A stretch of DNA of 64,000 nt from Octopus sinensis (taxonomy: Eukaryota), in the NCBI RefSeq assembly GCF_006345805.1, contig NC_042997.1, forward strand, positions 209,498,001 to 209,562,000, written 5' to 3'. A program made the translations under genes and the position numbers. Under the pieces are notes generated by a model, which saw nothing but the letters and a program-made list of their open reading frames with translations, was not told the DNA's origin and searched no databases. The number at the start of each line of letters is the position of its first letter. Within the stretch, counting starts at the first letter, position 1. This document shows, one piece after another, positions 34,146 to 44,243 of this stretch.

Positions 34146-35064
34146 CCCACCTCAGTGAAACTGAGTTCTAGAAGCACTGAGTGTCCCTCCCACTTGTAAC
34201 AATAAGACTTTTCACACACCCTACCCCCAAAATCCAAACAACATCCCTCTTCTTCCTCACATTTCCTCTTGTTCATGCTCTATCATCATCATCGTTTAAC
34301 ATCTGTTTTCCATGCTGGCATGGGTTGGACAGTTTAACTGGGGTCTGGGAAGCCAGAAGGCTGCACCAGGCTCCAGCCTGATCTGTTAGTGTTTCTACAG
34401 CTGGATGCCCTTCCTAACGCCAACTACTCCGTGAGTGTAGTGGGTGCTTTTTATGTGCCAGGGGAGGCTGGCAGCAGCCATGATCGGTCACCTTCGAGTG
34501 CTACTGGTAACATGTATCCCAGTACAACCTGTTGCATGGTGGGGTCGTTGGCGACTAAACCGGCAACCCCACTAAGCTTGCTTAGTGAGGAGGGTGTTTA
34601 TTGGACACCCTGTGGGATGAAAAACAAAACCCATCAAAGGGCGGAGGACCTCTTGAGAGTCAACGGCCATCCAATAAATGTTAGCACGGGTACTTAGAAA
34701 TTCCGGGGTGGTGTTCGGCATGCTGAAAGACCACTGGGAGTGAGGCACCCCTCAGCTTTTGTTAAAGCACGTCTCTAGGAGAATGTCACTCTGATATAAA
34801 ACCAGATATGCAGGGAATGGCATTGAACATTTTGGGGATCTTTGGTTTGTGCTAGAGATTACGGCACTCCCACATCCCTGAACCTGCGACTCATATTGGC
34901 ACCAGGCATCTTGCTCCGGCTTGTCTCTGGATAATATCAATAGAGTGGAGAGGGTCTATGAGGTGTTGTGCAAGCCTTATTGGACCTAAAACTCTGGACA
35001 GGCATTGCCGACCTTTTTTTTTTTTTTTTTTATATATCTATCTTATTTTTAGTATATATTTTCT

Positions 35065-38000
35065 TCATTTTTAGTATATTATTCGGAAGTCCTGTGGCGA
35101 TGGGAAGGTGGTGAAGCATGCAGACCTGATGGGTTGGAAGAATGTACTCAGCGACCTGCACGTAGGCGGCCCATGCTAGATATAAAGTCGTCTCCTTGTC
35201 GCCCAAGACAGCGGTAGGATTCGGTTGCTGCTTGGGTGTCTGAGCAGCTCCATTTGGAGAAGGCACTGCTCACCTGGAGACCAGGGAGTTCTAGAAAAGG
35301 TGAACCAAAAATTGCCAGTCTTTCCATATCTGATCAGTTTAGCGCGACTGACGGATGTCCACCCTGCGCTCGAAAAACAAAGAGTCTTTTATCTATAAAA
35401 TCTGGACGGAACTTAAACATTTCATGTTGGAATGTGCGTACTCCGTTGGACAACAAGAGTGATTGCAGGCCTGAAAGACGCACTGCACTTGTTGCTCGTG
35501 AGCTGAACCGTTATAAAATTGATATAGCTGCACTCTCAGGGACTTGTATAGAAGGTGATGGTCAGCTTGAGGAAGTAGGAGGCGGATACACCTTTTTTTG
35601 GAAAGGAAGGCAGAAGGAGGAGCGCAGGGAGGCTGGTGTTGGTTTTGCAGTCCGATCTGATATCCTGAAGAAGTTGGAAGAGCTCCCTGTTCCTATAAAT
35701 GAACGTATAATGACCCTACGGTTGCACTTGAAAGGTAAGCTGTTTGCTACTCTAATAAGTGCCTATGCACCTACTTTGACTAGCTGTGATGAAGATAAAA
35801 TAATCTTTTATACCCAGCTGAGAGCCATACTTAGAAAAATCCCCAATTCTGATAAAGTCATTCTACTGGGGGATTTTAATGCCAGTGTAGGAACAGACTG
35901 GCAAACATGGAACTCTCTAGGACGTTTTGGAGTAGGGAAAATGAATAGCAATGGTCTCATGCTACTGGAGCTTTGCGAAGAACATGGACTTTACATTGCA
36001 AGTACTCATTTTGTGCACAAAGGTGATCACACAACAACATGGATGCATCCAAGGTCCAAAGTTTGGCACTTGCTGGATTATGTCATCATCCGCAAGCGCG
36101 ACATTTATGACATTTGTAATGTCAAGTCCTTGCATGGATCAGAATGCTGGACAGACCACAGTCTGGTGCGAGCAAAGTTCCGAATGGTGATTAGGGCGAA
36201 AGAGAGAAGAGGACCAGTCAGCATTCCTCGCCGTCTAAATGTCCACAAAGTATATGACGTTGTGGTTAGGAAAGAGCTTCAGACGCGCTTGTCCAGCATT
36301 GAAACTGTTGCAGGATGGGAAGATTTTCAAGACCAGGTTGTTCAATGTGCAGCCGAAACACTGGGGTATGTTACTGCCAGACACAGAGACTGGTTTGATG
36401 AGAATGATGCTGGAATTCAACGACTATTAGTGGTGAAGCGCCATGCCCACAGTGTGTTGCCGCACAGAGAACTGTCTACTGTGCAGCAAAGTCTAAAAAT
36501 CACTACTTCAGTGATCTCTCAGGAAGATGCAGAACACTTGGTGGGAGGATCTTGCTCGTGATGTACAGGCTGCTGCTGATGTAAATGACAGCAAGAAGCT
36601 TTACCATCTTATGAAGCGAGCTTATGGGCCCAAGAGCTCCACATCAGCTCCTTTGCTTTCCAAGGAGTCTTCCACTATGTTTACTAAATCAACAGAAATC
36701 ACAGGTCGCTGGATTGAACACTTCTCTGAACTCCTAAACCATGAGTCAGTTGTGGATGAAATAGTGATTGATACTATGAAACAAAGACCTATCATTGACT
36801 CCTTAGACTCATCGCCATCAATACATGAAGTAATGACATCAATAAATAAATTGAATCTTGGTAGGGCACCTGGAAAGGATGGAATTTGAGCTGAGGTTTT
36901 GCGATTTGGTGGTAATTGCATCACACAGTCCCTTCATGAACTTATTAGTGCAGTCTGGAGGGATGGTGCAATCCCTAAGGACTGGAAGGATGCAATTATT
37001 CTTCCTCTGTATAAAGGAAAAGGAGCCAGAACAATGTGTGGTAACTACAGAGGTATTGCTCTACTATCAGCTGCTGGCAAGGTTCTGGCAAATATTCTTC
37101 TTACCCATCTGAATGGGTGTCTCGTAAATGATGTCCTATCTGAATCTCAATGTGGCTTCCGATCTGGTAGAGGGACAATGGATATGATTTTCACAGCAAC
37201 ACAGATGCAGAAGTGCTATGAGCAGAATATGGATCTTGTCCAGGTATTCATTGATTTAATTAAGGCCTTTGATACTGTAAATAGGGCCTTTCTATGGAAA
37301 ATACTTGGCAAACTTGGATGTCTGGATCACTTTGTATCAATAATTAAATCATTTCATGATGGGATGGAGGCTTGGGTCAATGTTGGTGGTGCCATGGCAG
37401 GACCCATTCCTGTAGAGAATGGTGTTAAGCAGGGTGACATCCTTGCCCCAACTCTCTTTTCTTTGTACTTTGCTGCTACTTTTACTCATGCTTTTGCTAA
37501 GGTTAGCTCTCTGGGAATATATGTCAGATATCAATCTTCTGGCCACCTCTTTAATCTGCGCCGATTTGCTGCCAATTCAAAGGTTTCCCAGTCTATTATT
37601 CGTGACCTCCTTTATGCAGATGACTGTGACTTAGTCACTCATTCAGTGGATGACATGCAAATACTCATGAATTGCATTTCTGCTTCTTGCAGGGCATTTG
37701 GACTCAGCATTAGCCTGGACAAGACTGTTGTAATGTTCCAGCCTGCATCAGGAAATCCATATATAGAACCAGCTATCTTGGTTGAAGGAACGATTCTGAA
37801 GGTAGTAGACAAGTTTGTCTACCTGGGCAGCACACTCAGCCGTTCTTGCTCCCTGGATGAGGAAATATCTTTCAGGTTGCAGAGAGCAACTAATTCCTTC
37901 CGGTCTCTTCAGTCTCGTGTCTGGTCCCAACATGGCATCGCAAGGAGAACAAAAGTTGCTGTGTACCGTGCTTGTGTACTGACATCGCTTCTCTACTCAT

Positions 38001-38627
38001 GTGAGACATGGACTCTGTACAAACGTCAGGTAAGGGTCCTTGAAAGTTTTCATCAGAGATGTCTCAGACACATTCTCAATGTTGGCTGGACCTCAAAAAT
38101 TCCAGACACACAGATCCTGAGGACAGCTGATAGCTTGAGTATTGAGGCGATGGTACACAAGCACCGGTTGCGTTGGACTGGACACCTTATTAGAATGGAG
38201 GATAGAAGGATTCCTAAGCAGATACTCTATGAAGAACTTGTGAATGGAAGGAGACTCTGGCAGAAACTAAGGCTGCTATTTAAGGACTGTGTCAAGTCCT
38301 CGTTAAAGGCCTTTGATATGCAGGACACTGACTGGGAGAACAATGCCTGTCATCGCCACAGATGGAGGAAGCAGGTTAAGAAGGGGACTGATACTTTTGA
38401 GAGAGCACGTATCCAGCATGAAGAGCTTAGGCGAGCTGCGCGAAAGCGCACGGCTCGTATAGTGAATGGGGAAAGCTTGGTCTGCAATGTTTGCAGTCGT
38501 ATATGCTTGTCAAGAGCAGGGCTCATTAGCCACCAACAGAGCCGCAAATGCAAAATATTAGTCCTAGAGCGCACAATGTTCCTGAAGGTCAGCAATGGTC
38601 TTCCTCGGTCACGAGTGGATGGCCATC
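35065..38627 (+). mobile_element. Near full-length RTE/BovB-like LINE (5' boundary approximate)
   Basis: About 350-nt structured leader, then an APE endonuclease + RT ORF, a C-terminal CxxC...H finger and a short 3' UTR ending ...GGATGGCCATCAT into (TA)n. Confidence 0.93.
35410..38560 (+). pseudogene. LINE ORF: APE endonuclease, reverse transcriptase and C-terminal zinc finger, disrupted
   Basis: LNISCWNVRT, RPERRTALVARELNRYKIDIAALS, LLGDFNA, LDYVI, TDH; NYRGIALLS, QCGFRSGRGT.DMIF, FIDLIKAFDTV, GVKQGDILAP.LF, YADD (37613-37624); CNVCSRICLSRAGLISH. Frameshift near 36495-36510 and in-frame TGA at 36512-36514 and 36887-36889. Confidence 0.95.
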
Positions 38628-38644
38628 ATATATATATATATACA

Positions 38645-38693
<49 letters not shown>

Positions 38694-38711
38694 GATTAGG
38701 AGATCGAAAAT

Positions 38712-38754
38712 CCACCTGACGAATGTCATTGAAGACATGAAACGATTGTAGTGG
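38712..38754 (+). ncRNA. Minimal type I hammerhead ribozyme motif
   Basis: CCAC-CTGACGA-ATGTC-ATTGAA-GACAT-GAA-ACGATTGT-A-GTGG: complete core, perfect stem II, stem III one C>T from the palindrome ACGATCGT, GUA triplet (38748-38750), 4-bp stem I plus extension. Confidence 0.82.
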
Positions 38755-38839
38755 CGGTTTATTTCTTTATATTAAAATTTTTATGTATTGATTAAGTCTT
38801 TCCTTGTTTGTTTTGCAAAATAGTGGTTTTGTCTCGAAT

Positions 38840-38885
<46 letters not shown>

Positions 38886-39880
38886 AGCTTCTTTTCAGTT
38901 TCTGCCTACCAAATCCACTCACAAGGCTTTGGTTGGCCTGAGGCTATAGTAAAAGACACTCGCCCAAGGTGCCACGCAGTGGGAATGAACCTGGAACCAT
39001 GTGGTTGGGAAACAAGATTCTTACCACACAGCCACTCGTATTATTTAAGTAATAGAAAAAGAAAATGGTGAAACTGACAGATAGACATCAATTTATTTGA
39101 ACATATTCAATTCTGTAGTACCGCATGACAATCCCCCATGCTGGTGGCACGTAAAAAAACAACCTACTACACTCTCGGAGTGATTGGCGTTAGGAAGGGC
39201 ATCCAGCTGTAGAAACATTGCCAGATTAGATTGGAGACTGGTGCAGTCTCCTGCCTTGCCAAACCTAAGTCAAACTGTCCAACCCATGCCAGCATGGAAA
39301 GCGGACGTTAAACGATGATGATGATGATGATGATGATATATATATACACAATGGGTTTTTTTCTGTTTCCCTCTAGCAAATCTACTCAGAAGGCTTTGGT
39401 TGGCCCAAGGCCATGTTAGATGATGCTTGCTGAAGGTGGGATCGAACCCAGAACTATGTGGTTGCAAAGCAAACTTCTTACCCTATGTACGTGTGAGTGA
39501 GAGTGCACATACACACATAAAACTGTATGAAAAAAATCTTTCTATACTGTAGACTAAATATACTAGAAGACGAGCTTAAAAAAGTAATTCCCTAACCTGA
39601 GATTATCTCACAATTAGCAGACAATTAGTTCTTCTCTATTAATTGCATGAGAAAATCTCTATTAATGAAATTATTTTTATCCCTTATATCATAAATGGGA
39701 CTCTCCTTTTTCACCTAAATATAAATAATTTTGTTGCTGCGTGTTTAGACCAAATGACATGAGCCCTTGACCGAGAGGGATACGATTTAAGATGGGGTCA
39801 ACCTGTGCAAGTCTGGGATTGTGGCGGGAAAGAGCATAAAATTGAATTTGATGATATCGACCACAGCACATATCAAAATA

Positions 39881-40271
39881 TCTCTCTCTATATATAAAGC
39901 TGAAGTTGTCTGTGTATGGCAGGTTTGGTAGCCTTCAACTAACTATATCTCCTCCGAGAACCTGTGGCACAAGTTGACCAAAATTTAGAGTATGATAGAA
40001 GGCTTGCTCTTCCTTCCGTTGAAAAAAAAGTTCAAATTGAACCATGTTAACACCAAAAATTATTTACATTAAAAAGGTGCTTTTTTTTCTATGAAAATCC
40101 CTATCTTTTACGATTTTTTTACTGTTGTATCGCCATTTCTTGGTGTATTTCAACCAAAAAATGTTCACCTAAAGAGAATAACAAGCTACATAATGCAAAA
40201 TTTTTACTTTTCAAAAATTTCAATTCTAAAGGGTCGAAACAAACCCGAGCAACGCCGGGCTACACTGCCAG
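39881..40271 (+). mobile_element. Non-autonomous Helitron-like element, copy 2
   Basis: Homologous to 31359-31757. Hairpin CCCGAGCAACGCCGGG. Ends CCAG|T. Confidence 0.78.
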
Positions 40272-40298
40272 TAATTAATAAATTATTTAAAATGTCCC

Positions 40299-40390
40299 GC
40301 GGAAGTCCAATCAACCAATCAGAAACAGTCTTAAGTAGGAAACTGGTATAACGAATTAAATTAAAGTTGGATGTTGATTCGACCAATCAG
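40299..40390 (+). promoter_or_regulatory. Candidate promoter: ETS-like GCGGAAGT plus three CCAATC boxes
   Basis: GCGGAAGT at 40299-40306. CCAAT at 40307, 40315 and 40383, the last two as RRCCAATCAG. Lies at the start of a CpG-retaining region. No downstream exon identified. Confidence 0.3.
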
Positions 40391-41766
40391 ATTCCATGTA
40401 AGAAAATACGTCGGTAATATGACACTAGTAAACAACCTCAGTTATCGGTAACAGTGGACAGTGGTTACCCACGTTTAACAGTGGGTTACACCCCGGTTAA
40501 GAGGAATTTACCCGACGCTCATGGAGTTTATACATAGGGTATGTATTTTTCTGTGGCCGTTACTACATTAGATACCCCAATAAGCGGGGTATCGAACTGT
40601 ATCGTAATTCAGAGATCATTGTCACATGTTTTATTGTCGTTGTTGTTGTTGTTCTGTTCTACGCTTAGACCCGGTTAGGTAAACCCATGGCTATTACCGA
40701 CCCACTCATGGACATTCCGTCTGTTTTTCCTTTGTTTTCCTGGCGGTACTTCCCTTTGCGAACATTATTTAATTTATATTTCCTTGTTTAAAACAGCACG
40801 GTGTGATCGTTGAAAGGTTTGACTGCTATTTCTAGCAAATCGAGAGACCGTCTAGAAATTCGATCCTGGGTGTGATTATGTGTACTGTTGCTATTATTTA
40901 GCCCCAGGTATCAGCCCTGGTGGCTTATAAATGAAATAATTATTTAGCCCCAGGTAGACTCTGATTGAGAATCGTTAACCCTACGATCAAAAGCACTCCA
41001 GCAACGACCATCCTGTCTGTTGTCTTGGGTATCGTCCTTTTAAGAGGGTGGTAAGTGGTTGCTGTTTCTAGCGGGTCAAACGAGCACAGAGATTGTTTTG
41101 TTGGTTGGCGATGTTGTGTTGTGGTGGTGTGTGGTTGTAGCTGATGTTGCAGTAGCGGTTGTGGTAGATAGGGGGTGTGTGTGGTTCTGGTTATGTAATG
41201 CTGGTCTATTGTTGTGGACACTGGTCTCTGTTGTAGTATAGAGTGGTGTTATGGCGATGTCTTGTGATGTGGTCATGTATTAATGATGTTGTGATGGTGA
41301 TGATTGGTGTTTAACCCTAGGCCAGACCATACTCAAATGATCTACTGTCAAACGAACTTTCAGCTTGACTGTCCCGTCTTTATTTCTCACTCGCATCACG
41401 CATCTAGGACTACAGAATCCAATGGGTGTGCCCCCTTTTTATTTTTCAAACCCCGTTAGGGCATGGCTTGTGTAACTTGGCTGTTATTTCTGGCATGTCA
41501 AATGTATCACTTAGTGGCTTAGGTTTAGTTTGTGTCAGCGATTATACATCAGCAAATTATGATAAAACTACTGTCTTTGTATGCGTGACGTGTGTGTGTG
41601 TGTTGTAGTGTTTGCAATGACATATCCGGATGGTGGTGTTGTTTAGCCCTAGGCTAGCCATGATTGATCACGCCTATGATCGGAAACGGCGACCATGCTG
41701 TCTTTATTTAGATCTAGGACTATAAGTTGCTCGATGTAATGTGACATATGACCGTGTACAAACTTT

Positions 41767-41914
41767 GGTACTACTTAAATACAGAGGTCCCGACGCATCT
41801 ACGAAACCCTAACCCTCAAACTAACCCTAACCAACCCCAAGCCCCTAACGAGTGGGCCCTGTAAAAACATATCGTCACGTAGATGCATCGGGACCTCTGT
41901 ATTTAATTGGTGCC
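41767..41914. mobile_element. Short MITE with GG termini and 8-bp TSD (7/8 match)
   Basis: GGTACTACTTAAATACAGAGGTCCCGACGCATCTACG / CGTAGATGCATCGGGACCTCTGTATTTAATTGGTGCC. Flanks CAAACTTT / CAAACCTT. Internal CCCTAA repeats. Confidence 0.8.
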
Positions 41915-42063
41915 CAAACCTTTTCTCGTTGACTCATGCTTTGTGATGTTGACAATAATGGCTGAAGGGTTGTAACCTCACGGACACCGTTCTGCATATC
42001 TAAATATCAAATATGAATACATTAGAATCTCACATATATAATATAATGATTTCAAAACATTTC

Positions 42064-42353
42064 GTGGTACTACTTGAGAACAGTGGTCCCAGTGCGCGCA
42101 GTCGCGTACTCGCGCATCCGCGCCAGCTAGTCGTGACTAGTCGATCCTTACTTTGTGTTTTTGTGTTATTTACTTTGTTTAAAAAATTATTTACTTAGTG
42201 TTTTTGTGTTTTATTTACTTTGTTTTTAAAAAATTATTTATTTTGTGTTTTATTTACTTTGCTGGGAAGTCGTTGTAGGATCGACTAGTCACGACTAGCT
42301 AGCGCGACTACGCGAGTGCGCGCACCGGGACCACTGTTCTCAAGTAGTACCAC
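42064..42353. mobile_element. CpG-rich MITE with long TIRs (GGTACTACTTGAGAACAGTGGTCCC...)
   Basis: TIRs of about 75-80 bp mirror each other. A/T-rich internal repeats. Confidence 0.85.
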
Positions 42354-42984
42354 ATTAGAATATATATAATTTAATGACTTCAAAACATTTCGCTTAACTA
42401 AAAAAAATTATCCAAGCGATTAGTGAACAAAAACTCCCTGGGAATGTTTAAAATCGACCACAGCAAGCAAGGGAAATAACTCTAATAAGCTCAATTCAAA
42501 TCTTTGTTTTTTTGTCAAATATGAGATTTGGTGAATGGCGGGAGGGAAGAGGCGTGGAAAGCAGCGAAGGGAACCGATATGTTTCGCTCTGAACAGCTGC
42601 TGTCCTCATCAATCATAATTGCCCTCGTTTGGCAAGATCTAAGAGAGATCAATAACTATTGAGGAAATACCCATTTCTTTATTACCCACAAGGGGCCGAA
42701 CATAGAGGGGACAAACATGGACAGACATAGGTATTAAGTCGATTATATCGACCCCAGTGCTTAACTGGTACTTAATTTATCGACCCCGAAAGGATGAAAG
42801 GCAAAGTCGACCTCGGCGGAATTTGAACTATTCAGGAAATACCGTGACGGTGCTTATATCAACAATAGGGCCTGAGGAAGAAAACGTTAAGGGAATCTTG
42901 GGGCTTATTAAAATATACAAGAAAGTGGGATTTCACGTATGGAATATAGGGGATTGAAGAACGTGTAATCACCTGGGATGAAAG

Positions 42985-43429
42985 GGTTCTACTTAAGAAC
43001 AGTGGTCCCGGTGCGCGCACTCGCGTAGTCGCCCATCCGCGCTAGCTAGTCGTGACTAGTCGATACTACAACGACTACCTAGCAAAGTAAATAAAACACA
43101 AAATATATAATCTTTTTTTGACTGGTGCCCCAGCATGGCCGCGGCCTTCGGGCTAAAACATTTTAAAGGATTTTAAGGAAAGTAAATAAAACAAAAACGC
43201 AACCCGGTACTACTTAAGAAGAGTGGTCCCGGTGCGCGCACTCGCATCCTCGCGCATCCGCGCTAGCTAGTCGTGACTAGTCGATCCTACAAAGTAAATA
43301 AAATACAAAATATATAATTTTTTTACACAAAGTAAATAAAACAAAAACAAAGTAAGGATCGACTAGTCACGACTAGCTAGCGCGAGTACGCGACTGCACG
43401 CACTGGGACCACTGTTCTTAAGGAGTACC
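42985..43429. mobile_element. Composite of the same CpG-rich MITE family (left TIRs at 42985 and 43206, right TIR ending 43429)
   Basis: GGT(T/A)CTACTTAAGAA.AGTGGTCCCGGTGCGCGCACTCGC twice and ...GGGACCACTGTTCTTAAGGAGTACC once. Confidence 0.8.
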
Positions 43430-43611
43430 CCCTAACCCTAAACCTTAACCCTAACCATTGGGTGTGCGTATTCTTTACCTTCGCCTCCTTTCGCTGCAAA
43501 CCCGCCTTCAGTGATATCAATCCTCTGTTTTAAAGTGATCCAACCTAAAACATGTTAAGTTATGTTTCAAACACCAGCTTAATAATGACAAAGTTATGGA
43601 ATAAATTCTTC

Positions 43612-44150
43612 GTGTGGTAAGAAATTTGCCTCTCAACCACGTAGTTCCGGGTTCAGTCCTACTGCACGACACCAAAGCCTTGTGAGTGGATCTGGTAGAT
43701 GGGAACTGAAAGAAACCCCTCGTGTATGTATGTATGTATGCATGTATGTTTGTATGTATGTATGTGTGTGTGTGTATGTACGTATGTATGTATGTAATCT
43801 ATGTATGTATGTATGTGTGTATGCGTGTATGTATGTACGTATGTATGTGTGTATGCATGTATGTATGTATGTATGTATGAATGTATGTATGTTTGATGTA
43901 TGTATGTATGTATGTAAGTGTGTGCTGGGGGCTGGTGTGGCTATGTGTCCGTGTTTGACTCCCTCCACACTTGACAACCGATGTTAGTTTGTTCATGTAC
44001 CTGTAACTGAGCGGTTCGGCAAAAGAGATCGGTAGTATAAGTTTCAGGTTAAACAAAAAAATAAAACTAAGTACTGGGGTCGATTTTTTTGACTAAAAAT
44101 TCTTCAAAGCTCTGCCCCAGCATGGCCGCAGTCTACTGACTGATACAAGT
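43612..44150 (+). mobile_element. CORE-type SINE (family B) with a (TATG)n expansion, inserted in a piggyBac-like MITE
   Basis: GTGTGGTAAGAAATTTGCC...GGGTTCAGTCCTACTG head and ...CCAGCATGGCCGCAGTC tail. MITE sequence resumes at about 44155. Confidence 0.75.
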
Positions 44151-44243
44151 AAAAGCTAATATTTCCAAGATTAATTGAAACAGAAGAAGTGGATTATCGG
44201 CAGAAATAAGGTAACAAAAGAATTAAAGTGATCTAAATTAAAA

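Noticed and set aside
35160-35190. GGCGGCCCATGCTAGATATAAAG as a twister-like motif in the LINE leader
   Set aside because: Only superficial similarity to GCCGGUCCCAAGCCCGGAUAAA; the P1/P2 and pseudoknot pairings could not be built.
42580-42615. Minus-strand TTGATGAG...GCGAAACATATC hammerhead look-alike
   Set aside because: C3 is not conserved, stem II is irregular and there is no stem I pairing.
43430-43456. CCCTAA telomeric repeats (also 18225-18250 and 41806-41835)
   Set aside because: Only 3-5 imperfect units, within or next to MITEs; not a telomere or fusion site.
43479-43544. 66-nt phase-symmetric minus-strand exon candidate (GWITLKQRIDITEGGFAAKGGE)
   Set aside because: It overlaps a piggyBac-like MITE interior (TTTTAAAGTGATC..A.CTAAAAC...CAAACACCAGCTTAATAATGACAAAG), so the splice signals are probably incidental.
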